A DNA stretch of 64,000 nt from Candidatus Cloacimonadales bacterium (GTDB taxonomy: Bacteria > Cloacimonadota > Cloacimonadia > Cloacimonadales > JAFGVF01): assembly GCA_963677495.2 (NCBI GenBank), contig CAXXOU010000004.1, positions 1,344,001-1,408,000 of the forward strand. The letters are read 5' to 3'. The first letter of the stretch is position 1; every line of letters starts with the position of its first letter. Positions 48,735-57,808 of this stretch are shown one piece after another. Position numbers and translations under genes: made by a program. Below the pieces are notes generated by a model, which did not search any database, had not been told where the DNA came from, and saw nothing but the letters and a program-made list of their open reading frames with translations.

Positions 48735-49940
48735 TTAATTAATTAATATTTCTAGTATTTTTTTCGTAGCAGACAATGCTTTTTCTCGAAGTTCTTCTGA
48801 AGTAATGCCTTTTGGTGCTATTTTGGCATTCTCATACATCTTATACAAATCCACTTCATCAAGTTCCCAATATTGTGCTAGATTACCATCTATTTCTAAC
48901 CATTCCATCATCTCTTCATATTTCCAATGCCATCCTATTGCTAGAGTTGGGACATTCGATGAAGTTGCTGCTATCAAGGAATGGAATCTTGAGCCAATGA
49001 AGAAATCACATTTACTGATTAGATACTTCACTTCCTCAGCTTCCATTTCCAATGTTTCAACTATTCTCAACCTATCGCTAGAAACTCTAGCTTGAATTCT
49101 TCTGCATAAGCTCAAATCATCTTTATCACCGAGTCCCTTTTTAGCGATTGTATGTGGAATTAAGAGAATCTCAGTATCCTGTTCATGCTTTAAGATCTTG
49201 TTTACAAGATCAATTAGTTTAGGTAAATACAAACCCTTTTCATCTAATCGATTACACACTTCATTGGGAGATAAACCGATGATTTTTCTTCCTTTAAACA
49301 TAGAGTATAAATTATCAACATAATCTGATTTCTTGATCTCAAGAGTTAACGCAATATCAGGATAAACCTCAACATTCTTCGTTACTCCAAGTTCTTGAAG
49401 GTTTTCATAAGAATGCCTTCCTCTAGCCATGATTAAATCTATGTGTGGGAATAACAGTGATGCCATCTTTCGATTATACTTAGACTTAAATGGTCCTAAC
49501 GACTGAGTAAACTTAACTACTTTTGTATTGTTTAAGATAGGTATCTGGAGAAATTTGCTGTAATGATACAGTTTCACTATCCCGAAGTTATCAATAAAAC
49601 TTATGCCTGAAGTACTAATTGCAAGATCACAATTATCATAGACTTCCAACACCTTATCTTTAGTAAACAAACCCTTCTTAACCCCTATTATGGATAGTAA
49701 AAACCTTATCCAAATCTTAACTAACGCTTTATCGAACTCGAACAAATGGTCTGTTAATATCTCTACTTCTTCCCCATTTGATAATGTGTAGGAGCCCTCT
49801 TTTACGTACTTAGAAGTGACATATACCTTAATATCAGGAATAGCTTTACGCAACTCCCTCACAATACAGTTGACCATCGCAACCGCACCTTTATTCCCTA
49901 CTACATCTGCTTCCGTTATAATTACTTGTTTTTGTCTCAT
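48735..49940 (-). CDS. Polysaccharide pyruvyl transferase family (WcaK-like)
   Basis: GNKGA.AM, QSLGPF, PDIA, IGSRFHS. Confidence 0.85.
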   Translation of the reverse strand: MRQKQVIITEADVVGNKGAVAMVNCIVRELRKAIPDIKVYVTSKYVKEGSYTLSNGEEVEILTDHLFEFDKALVKIWIRFLLSIIGVKKGLFTKDKVLEVYDNCDLAISTSGISFIDNFGIVKLYHYSKFLQIPILNNTKVVKFTQSLGPFKSKYNRKMASLLFPHIDLIMARGRHSYENLQELGVTKNVEVYPDIALTLEIKKSDYVDNLYSMFKGRKIIGLSPNEVCNRLDEKGLYLPKLIDLVNKILKHEQDTEILLIPHTIAKKGLGDKDDLSLCRRIQARVSSDRLRIVETLEMEAEEVKYLISKCDFFIGSRFHSLIAATSSNVPTLAIGWHWKYEEMMEWLEIDGNLAQYWELDEVDLYKMYENAKIAPKGITSEELREKALSATKKILEILIN

Positions 49941-51196
49941 TTATCTCTTTTTTTTGAATCAGGTTTCATTACAAAGTGGAAGAAATAGCCTTTAAGCTTG
50001 AAGAATCTTCCTTTAGTACCTATATGCAAATCATCCATGTGGAAAGTCATATATTCTATGACAGCATTGATGTAATGCTTTAGCTTATACTTAATCCCTG
50101 CGTATGGCTTTATGTTTGGAACACTATTTCCAAAGAACTTACTAACCTTTGCATTTACTTCTGAGAATCTTTGTCTATAACTCTTTAAGTTATGTGACAT
50201 TATAAGGTCATTTTCAGAAGCTTCTTTAAGGTTCATGTTCTCAAGATAGGGCAAGACCTTTGTTTTTCTCACAACTATTATGTTCTCTGCCCCATCAGAA
50301 TCTTTGCACCAATTATCTCCAACTGATACATCTGCTAAATCTGCTAGGAAATCAAAGCAATAATAACACCTTTTCAAGTAACCCGACTTAAAGTACTCAT
50401 CTCTGGTGACATAATAATCATTCCCATCTTTAGTGGATACTTTCATCTTTCCTGGCCATGAGCCCCATCTATAATCGATTCTTTTTACATTCTCAGGAGA
50501 AACAAGCATATCCTTTAGCTTATTAATTACAGCTTTCCCATTATATGTCCCACCGCAGAACAACCCGATAGAAAATCTTATATATTCACGCAACTCAGGC
50601 TTTATCTGAATGATTTTGTTTAATGCATGTAGATGACAAGGCAAACCAACAACTGCTGTTCTTAATCTTAACTGCTGAATTTCGTGCAAAGGTTCAGCCC
50701 AATGAACATTAGTGTATATTGACCTTTGATATTTACCAAGATTATATGTATCTCTCAGCAGATAAGTTTGTGCCATATTTAGTTTTCCATCTTCCATTCC
50801 GGCAACCAATACAGCATCAACTGCCTTAGCATTTAGTAAGTTTGCCAGCAATTGTGTTATAAACCCACCTGATGCACCTTTTTGTCTATACTCATCATTT
50901 GTTGAAGATGCTATCATAATCTTCTTGTAAACACCAATATAAGGATTCTCAGGTTGCTTTCTATGAACAATTTCGGATAGTTTAGGGTGGTTTATATCAT
51001 CACCGGGGCAAACACTCAAACACAATCGGCATTTAGTACATTTGATATTGTTGATAAATGGGATATATTGCCCTCTATCTTCAGAATAGATTATCTCAAT
51101 TGCATTTACAGGGCATACAATCTCACACATTCCACAACCAAGGCAGAAACCTGCATCTCTAACTTTTACTACCGTTCGTTTGTTTATAGGACTCAT
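49937..51196 (-). CDS. Coenzyme F420 hydrogenase beta-subunit-like Fe-S protein (polysaccharide-locus type)
   Basis: Two CxxCxxCxxxCP ferredoxin motifs, ASGG, VGLPC, IGLFCGG, ADVSVGD.W. Confidence 0.85.
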   Translation of the reverse strand: MSPINKRTVVKVRDAGFCLGCGMCEIVCPVNAIEIIYSEDRGQYIPFINNIKCTKCRLCLSVCPGDDINHPKLSEIVHRKQPENPYIGVYKKIMIASSTNDEYRQKGASGGFITQLLANLLNAKAVDAVLVAGMEDGKLNMAQTYLLRDTYNLGKYQRSIYTNVHWAEPLHEIQQLRLRTAVVGLPCHLHALNKIIQIKPELREYIRFSIGLFCGGTYNGKAVINKLKDMLVSPENVKRIDYRWGSWPGKMKVSTKDGNDYYVTRDEYFKSGYLKRCYYCFDFLADLADVSVGDNWCKDSDGAENIIVVRKTKVLPYLENMNLKEASENDLIMSHNLKSYRQRFSEVNAKVSKFFGNSVPNIKPYAGIKYKLKHYINAVIEYMTFHMDDLHIGTKGRFFKLKGYFFHFVMKPDSKKRDK

Positions 51197-52350
51197 AATG
51201 CTTTATATAATTCCTTCAACTCTTCCGCATGGTATTTCCATAGATAGTTTTGTTTCACAGCATCTTTGCCATTTGTACCCATTTTGAGCATCATATTCTT
51301 ATCGTTATATAGTTTTTCAATCTGCTTCATCAGCTCATTAACATTGTCAAACTCATATATCAAACCACATTCGGAAGTTTCAACAATTCTTACAATAGGA
51401 TCACAATTAGAAGCTAACACAGGTATTCCCTTTGCCATGTATTGGAATAGTTTATGTGGGATTGTAGAATCAGTGTGTTCAGATTTCACATGAGGAATAA
51501 GAGCTATATCAGCTTTTGAAAGCTCAATCATCAAGTTCTCACTTGGAGTCCAACCCTCAAACACAACATTTGCTCCGGTCGATTCAACCAAATCTCTTAA
51601 CTCAGGTTCATATCTACCTTTTCCAAAAATCCTGAGAACAATGGCGGGATATTGTTTTGAAAGTTTACCCATAGCTTCAACAACATACTGAAGTCCTCTA
51701 TGGATAGTAATCCCACCACCATAGAAAAGAGTGAAACCTGCATGTTCTTTGCTCTCAATCTCTTTGAACTTATAATCAGGATAAGTATTAGAAACAACGG
51801 TTATCTTGGTGTCTTGAACACGCATTTGCTTTAATCGTTGCTTAGCTTCTTCCACAACCACTATCACATTGTCCGCAGCTTCAATCGAGTCTTTCTCATA
51901 ATCTTGCCACTGCTTTAGGTCGAACAATATATTAGCAGGGAATCGTTTTATATGCTCGGATAAACTAAGTAAGATTGGATAGTTCTCATGTATATCAAGC
52001 ACAAACTTAAACCCAAACTGCCTTCTTAAATCAATAATAACATCGCTTAGTGGTAGGTCATGCAGATGCACAGCATCAAACTTGTTATCTTCTAAAATCT
52101 CTCTCAGATACTTCTTCCACCATCCGAAATAGAATGATGTTTTCAAGCAACCAACAGAGCTTTTATATATCAGGCTTGGCATTAACTTTCTATGAATAGT
52201 AACTCCCGGATACTCATTATTGTTTTCTCCGGCAACGAGTTCACGACATGCAAGATGCACCTCATGTCCGGCTTCACTAAGAGCATCAATCTCATTTTCA
52301 ACCCTTAGATCAGGTGGAAAGTTACTTTCAAGAACCATCAATATCTTCAT
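51193..52350 (-). CDS. Glycosyltransferase family 4
   Basis: FPPD.RV, HLHDLP, YGGGI...RG, PHKLFQYMA.G.PV. Confidence 0.88.
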   Translation of the reverse strand: MKILMVLESNFPPDLRVENEIDALSEAGHEVHLACRELVAGENNNEYPGVTIHRKLMPSLIYKSSVGCLKTSFYFGWWKKYLREILEDNKFDAVHLHDLPLSDVIIDLRRQFGFKFVLDIHENYPILLSLSEHIKRFPANILFDLKQWQDYEKDSIEAADNVIVVVEEAKQRLKQMRVQDTKITVVSNTYPDYKFKEIESKEHAGFTLFYGGGITIHRGLQYVVEAMGKLSKQYPAIVLRIFGKGRYEPELRDLVESTGANVVFEGWTPSENLMIELSKADIALIPHVKSEHTDSTIPHKLFQYMAKGIPVLASNCDPIVRIVETSECGLIYEFDNVNELMKQIEKLYNDKNMMLKMGTNGKDAVKQNYLWKYHAEELKELYKAL

Positions 52351-52800
52351 CTATCTTCCAAAATTCTTTAGAGCTCTTTCAGTTTCACGTTTTATATCTT
52401 TAGCTTGCTTATCATGCTTCTTATCGAATGTGTGCTTACCTTTAGCCGTTCCAATTACCACTTTACATAGTCCCTTAGCATTGATGAAAACTTCTAAAGG
52501 CACTATTGTCATGCCTGATTCCTGCACTTTCCGATTGATTTTCTCTGTCTCACTTTTATGCAGAAGAAGCTTACGTTTTCTTGTAGCTTCGTGGTTATCA
52601 TAAGTTCCTTTTTCATATGGACTGATATGGAGATTTAGTAACCACATCTCACCTTGTTGAACACGGGCATAACTGTCCTTGAAGCTAACTTTTCCCATTC
52701 TCACGGATTTAATCTCTGTTCCGGTAAGAACTATTCCTGCTTCATAAGTATCAACTATACTGTATTCATGTCTTGCTTTTCTATTTTTTATGGATAGCAT
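52351..52800 (-). CDS. smpB: SsrA-binding protein
   Basis: NRKARHEY, EAGIVLTGTEIKS, RKLLLHK, AKGK..FDK. Confidence 0.97.
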   Translation of the reverse strand: MLSIKNRKARHEYSIVDTYEAGIVLTGTEIKSVRMGKVSFKDSYARVQQGEMWLLNLHISPYEKGTYDNHEATRKRKLLLHKSETEKINRKVQESGMTIVPLEVFINAKGLCKVVIGTAKGKHTFDKKHDKQAKDIKRETERALKNFGR

Positions 52801-52948
52801 TATTTCCTCAATTTGTAAGTATTTTATGTTTAAAATAGTATTGCTACTTCAATGTAGCATATTGATTTATATCACTGTCATATCTTACTGATATAAAATA
52901 GATATCTTATTCTCTATGTCAATGTCTAAATTAGTTTAGTACAGACTT

Positions 52949-53151
52949 TGTCACCCTGAACGGAGTGAATGAAGAGAAGCAAAATGAACGAAGTCGAACG
53001 GGTCGCTCTGATGGCTTCAGTGGATTTATGATAGAGTATTGACTTATCTTCTGACTGTTTTCCTTCGAAAAATGGCTCTTTTTTAGTTGGTAGACTAAAG
53101 CTATCTGAAAGTTCCCTCTACTCGTTCATACTTCACTCGATCGGGATGACA
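52949..53151. mobile_element. REP/MITE-like element with imperfect terminal inverted repeats
   Basis: Left TGTCACCCTGAACGGAGTGAATGAAGAG versus reverse complement of right end TGTCATCCCGATCGAGTGAAGTATGAACGAG; related left end at 17955. Confidence 0.6.
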
Positions 53152-53200
53152 GGCATGGTTATCGAATTTGCAACAGCCAAGTGAAAGATGATATAAGCAG

Positions 53201-53977
53201 TTACTCAATCAGCCCAGAAATAAGCCTACATAAATCCATTTTATCATTATCAATATGTTCAAGACCATAAGCATCAAGGAAGATATTTTTGTATTTATCA
53301 GTCTTTAAATTGAATTGAAGAGTCCAAACTCCCCAGAAAAGATCCCAATGCCTGTCCCCTACTCCTCCTGAACCTAAGTCTACAAAACCCTTTAGCTTAA
53401 AATCGTTTAGTATTATATTTGGCAAGCAGTAATCACCGTGAAGAACAACTTCATCAGTACTAAGATGTTTCAATTGATTGAATCTGTCTGTTATTGTCGC
53501 AATTGGTTCAGGTAGAAAGATTTTGTCTATCTTCTTCATTTCAAGGTTGAGTTCTGCTTCATGAATCATTTCACTCATGCGATTTGGGAAAGGACAGTTA
53601 TCTGTAGGGAGCTCATGTATTAATCTAAGACTTTCACCATAAACTTTAGCTAATTGCTTAGGGTTATCAAGATGAATCTTATTAATCCCATCTTCACCCT
53701 TAATTTCTCTTGTGATAAGATAATCATGCTCATCAATGGTCTTATAGAACACAACCTCAGAAGCTAAACGATGTTTATGGAAGAATTTTGTAAGCTCTGC
53801 TTCTCGAAGGAGTCTGCCCATTTTCTCGACTTTTAGATATAGGCTTTCCTCTCCCTTTAAAAGATATGTTTTCGCTAACTCTGAGCAACTACTGTCATAT
53901 AGTGTTTTGTTTTCTAAGAACGGATGTAACTCTTTAGGAAAATCATTTAACACCAAATCTATTTTCTTTCTTTGCAT
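53201..53977 (-). CDS. Aminoglycoside 3'-phosphotransferase (APH(3')) family kinase
   Basis: LYLK, HGDYCLPNII, GFVDLG..GVGDRHWDL; probable start MQRKKI at 53977. Confidence 0.8.
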   Translation of the reverse strand: MQRKKIDLVLNDFPKELHPFLENKTLYDSSCSELAKTYLLKGEESLYLKVEKMGRLLREAELTKFFHKHRLASEVVFYKTIDEHDYLITREIKGEDGINKIHLDNPKQLAKVYGESLRLIHELPTDNCPFPNRMSEMIHEAELNLEMKKIDKIFLPEPIATITDRFNQLKHLSTDEVVLHGDYCLPNIILNDFKLKGFVDLGSGGVGDRHWDLFWGVWTLQFNLKTDKYKNIFLDAYGLEHIDNDKMDLCRLISGLIE

Positions 53978-54000
53978 ACTACTTACCCAACTAGTAAGGC

Positions 54001-55797
54001 TTAATCTTTGTACCAAACATACTCGTATAACCACATAGTTTCATCAACTAATTTTATAAACTCTTCCCGCTTATTATAGTAATCAAGACCTTTTGAACGA
54101 GATGCAACATCATGTACAAAGTCAAAATCTTCTTCTGTCATGTTATTGATATTATTCATCATCTCCCCATACTTGGCTACAGCTACAGAAAAACGAAAGT
54201 CATCACTACATGCTTCAAAAGCAGTTACATTGGAGTCTATATTCTCAATAAGAGATTTCTTAAGAGGTTTATTCTTTGGTCGATAGCTAAATACAACTTC
54301 TGCTAAATCATTTGAGTCTTTATTTTCCCATGATTTGAAAGTCCCACTACACTGTTGAAAGCCTAAGGAATCATACACAGACTTATCATAGTCAACTCCA
54401 ACCGGTATTATCTCATACAATCCGGTAACGGAATGACCGGGATAAATATCGGTGGATTCAAAATCAAGTTTGGCAGCATATTTTAAAGGTTCTTTATCAG
54501 AACTTAATAGTCTAAAAGCTTGAACTTGATGGGGATTAAAGTTGACTTCTAATTTAACATTATTCGCAAGAATGTCACTAAATAAAGCGTCATTATCGAA
54601 CAACTCTACAGCTTCTCCAATATTTCTAACACTATGAAAATCAGCGTCTATCTGATCTGCAAAGAACTCAATTTTTCTATTGTTTGCATCATGTGGAGCG
54701 TAACTTATTAGGGAGACTGGAACATTGCTTTTAGAATAATTCGAAACTAAATCTTTCAAGTGAACATTTTCTTGCTCATCTTGCAAGTATCCGCAGTTAG
54801 AGAAAATGATTATACGGTTTTCGCCTTTTTGAATATAGCTTTTTTGAATGTCAATATAAGCTTTATCTAAGATTTTCGAATAATCAGTACATGAATTTTG
54901 ATTACCGGTTATCTCTCCAATAGCATATATAATAATGTCTTTTTTATCACCTGATGTTGTTGGTAATACTCTGTCGTCTCTCTGTCTTAATAGAATTGAA
55001 ATCTTATCATTCTCATCCAGATTTCTTGCTATCATTCTTAGTGATTCTCTCACTAACGGCATATGTGACATCATATAAGGATCAACAATAACAACTAAGT
55101 TCTTGGATTGGTCCAAATTAGGAATGTTGTTTTTTGCTTTTATGCCAATATGAACTATAAAACTATCTGCATTCCAAGGACACTTTCCTATCTCAGAATA
55201 GATTTTAAACAGATTATTATGTTTAGGAAGGGGGTAATCATACTCAAAATAGTTAACTAACTCTTCGATAATGATAGCTCTTTTACTCTTCTGATTTCTA
55301 GAGGTGATTCTTTTTTTCAGGATATCAAACGAATTGGTTTTAGGATTTATCGGAAATGAAGATGTTGTCTTTTTCCGAAAAAGCCCATCAATAAAATGAC
55401 CACGATGACTTATCGATTCTGAGTATCTGATGAAGAGATTCATTCCCCCTGTAGTATATTTATGAAGTTTAATCTTATACAAAGCCGTTGTATCTGCATA
55501 GACACTAACCTTCTTCTCCAGTCGATTATCATTACGACTTTGGATCCGGACAGTGTGTTCACCTAAGGGTAGATGTGAATAGAAGTACTTTCCGAATTCG
55601 TTATTGATTTTTCGGGCTGAAAAATGATTGTTATCAATCTGTAGACCTAAACTTCCATCATATAATGCACCATTTTCATGTCTAACTTCAAGAATTATTG
55701 CACCTAACTCCTTTGTCTCATCTTGCAGGTTAAGCTCAATTGCAATTGAAAGTTTTATAACTAAAAGCAGTAAAGCTATAGTCCAAGTATGTTTCAA
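54001..55797 (-). CDS. Secreted YfbK-like vWA/DUF3520 protein with degenerate MIDAS
   Basis: IEELVNYFEYDYP, PWN, V.FNP..V..FRL, GHSVTGLYEI, DFRFS.AVA; TTG start. Confidence 0.72.
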   Translation of the reverse strand: MKHTWTIALLLLVIKLSIAIELNLQDETKELGAIILEVRHENGALYDGSLGLQIDNNHFSARKINNEFGKYFYSHLPLGEHTVRIQSRNDNRLEKKVSVYADTTALYKIKLHKYTTGGMNLFIRYSESISHRGHFIDGLFRKKTTSSFPINPKTNSFDILKKRITSRNQKSKRAIIIEELVNYFEYDYPLPKHNNLFKIYSEIGKCPWNADSFIVHIGIKAKNNIPNLDQSKNLVVIVDPYMMSHMPLVRESLRMIARNLDENDKISILLRQRDDRVLPTTSGDKKDIIIYAIGEITGNQNSCTDYSKILDKAYIDIQKSYIQKGENRIIIFSNCGYLQDEQENVHLKDLVSNYSKSNVPVSLISYAPHDANNRKIEFFADQIDADFHSVRNIGEAVELFDNDALFSDILANNVKLEVNFNPHQVQAFRLLSSDKEPLKYAAKLDFESTDIYPGHSVTGLYEIIPVGVDYDKSVYDSLGFQQCSGTFKSWENKDSNDLAEVVFSYRPKNKPLKKSLIENIDSNVTAFEACSDDFRFSVAVAKYGEMMNNINNMTEEDFDFVHDVASRSKGLDYYNKREEFIKLVDETMWLYEYVWYKD

Positions 55798-55805
55798 ATT
55801 AGTCC

Positions 55806-57146
55806 CTACTTCATCAATATCATTTTCTTAGTATCATTAGTTATCTTTGATTTAAGTCTATAGAAGTAAACACCAGATGCACATTTTTTGTTTTTTTTAT
55901 CCAGACCTTCCCAAACAATTTGATGCTTACCTTCAGTAAAGCCTTTGTAGTTCTTAACTAATTGACCACGGATATTGTATATGCTCAATTCTGCTCTGTC
56001 GTTTTTAGCTACATCGAAGCTGATTGTAGTAGTTGGATTGAACGGATTGGGGTATGCATTGAATAATGCTGTCTGCATTTGGGGTTGAGAACCAATCTCT
56101 TCATCAATGCCAACTGATTGTTCTAATGCAACAAGATATGGATAACCATTATTCAATACTGGATTGATAGTCCAAATATCCTCTGTCCCATTATTTGTCT
56201 CTCCATAGAAATCCCAAAAAAGATTAGTATAAGTTGTTACATCTCTCATTTGTGCTTCAGTACAATCAATGACATTGGTTAATATGCTTGTACTATCTTC
56301 AAAACACGCACCAAGACTGTTAATGTCACTACTCCAAACACAATTCTCAATCAATCCTGAGTTCAAACCAACAAGGGCATGAACATTTATAGGATTATTA
56401 GCAACCAAAGAGTAAGAATTACTCAAAATAGAAGAGTTGGAATTAACACCTACTAATCCCCCACAATTGCCAGAAGTAGTATCCATTATTCCGTAATAGA
56501 AGCAATCGTTGATATACGAGTTGGAGTTTTCACAAGCAAGCCCACCACCAGTAACTTGAGAGTTTATATTCACTTTACTTGAACATCTACTAACAATTGA
56601 ACCATTACAAGCATAACCTATTAAACCTCCAGCAAATGCACCGTATAGATTTCCGGAAACATGGCAGTTAGTTATCACAGTATTGCCTATTGTCCCTGCT
56701 AGACCACCACATATTCCCCACGAAATAGTAGGAACAGAAAAATCGAATGAAGTCAGTTTTATATTGGCAAACGTTGAATTGAGTGCATATGTCCATAAAC
56801 CCATAATAGTAATTTGAAAAGAATCAGCATTGTTAAAGAATAGGTTAGTTATCTCATAGTCTTGACCATCATAATGCCCTGTAAAAGGTAAATTCCAATA
56901 AGCTATAGGATTAAATCCCTCTCCTCCATTCCAGTTCTCTGTATCAGAAGCATCAATATCAGCTGTCTGTAAAAAATATGAGTTATCATCCCAAACATCC
57001 GGGGTTGTACTTAACCAAAGAAGGTTATCAAGATTTACAACTAAATACGGATCTGTTTCTGTTCCACTACCAGATGGCTGAACACCATCAGCTAAAACGA
57101 ACTGAGATGCAACAACAAATAATACTATCAATAGAATGCTTCTCAT
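55806..57146 (-). CDS. Secreted GLUG-motif protein with T9SS-type CTD
   Basis: GSGT..DPY, GGL.G repeats, NNGYPYL, CTD YPNPFNPTT...YNIRGQLV. Confidence 0.82.
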   Translation of the reverse strand: MRSILLIVLFVVASQFVLADGVQPSGSGTETDPYLVVNLDNLLWLSTTPDVWDDNSYFLQTADIDASDTENWNGGEGFNPIAYWNLPFTGHYDGQDYEITNLFFNNADSFQITIMGLWTYALNSTFANIKLTSFDFSVPTISWGICGGLAGTIGNTVITNCHVSGNLYGAFAGGLIGYACNGSIVSRCSSKVNINSQVTGGGLACENSNSYINDCFYYGIMDTTSGNCGGLVGVNSNSSILSNSYSLVANNPINVHALVGLNSGLIENCVWSSDINSLGACFEDSTSILTNVIDCTEAQMRDVTTYTNLFWDFYGETNNGTEDIWTINPVLNNGYPYLVALEQSVGIDEEIGSQPQMQTALFNAYPNPFNPTTTISFDVAKNDRAELSIYNIRGQLVKNYKGFTEGKHQIVWEGLDKKNKKCASGVYFYRLKSKITNDTKKMILMK

Positions 57147-57360
57147 AACTCCTCCAAGAAATCATTATGCCTTATTCGAATCTCAATACTATTCTCTACA
57201 TACAAATTTTCAATATCAAGTGATTTATTGTTTTTTTAATTTTTAGGTGTTAGTAGTGTATTATCTGTAATACTTCCTTCATACTTAATCATATTTTAAG
57301 GAGTTTACGGGCCTGTCAGGGTGTAGTTCTAAACGAAAACTGATGCAAGTCTGTAAGGGA

Positions 57361-57685
57361 TATACACAGTGTCTTTTTCAATGACTTACATCATTGGAGT
57401 CATAGCGACCGAAAGGAGTTGGACTCATAGTGATGTACTTTCATCATTTTCACTATTCGCCCATCTCCCTATGGTCACTATTGCGACAGCTACAGAAATA
57501 TCTACACAGTGCCTTTACCAATTACTTAACTATATTTGCTGCCCTTTTTGCTTCCTTTCTCTGCTCTATCCACCAACCCACTGTGTTTGCACTGTGCACG
57601 CACTGTGAAGGCACTGTTATCGCACTGTTTCAGTGGGATCACAGTGCGTGCACAGTGGGAAAACAGTGGGTAAACTGCGTTTTGA
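57361..57685 (-). repeat. Composite intergenic repeat, copy 3 (inverted)
   Basis: Reverse complement aligns along the whole of copy 1; CACTG 57579-57623 and CAGTG 57631-57664 at 11-bp steps. Confidence 0.9.
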
Positions 57686-57808
57686 TTAATAGATTAGTTA
57701 AGGAGGGCAAAAACCGATAGGAACGAAAACAAAACTTATGTTTTGACATGCATGAAAGTAATCTGTTAAATGACATAATTGAAGGAAGAAACTGCAACAG
57801 GAGAATAT

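Noticed and set aside
52800..53200. tmRNA near smpB, or integron attC site
   Set aside because: No tRNA-like GGGG...CCA ends or tag ORF; no RYYYAAC/GTTRRRY cores and no integrase. Better explained as a REP/MITE-like element.
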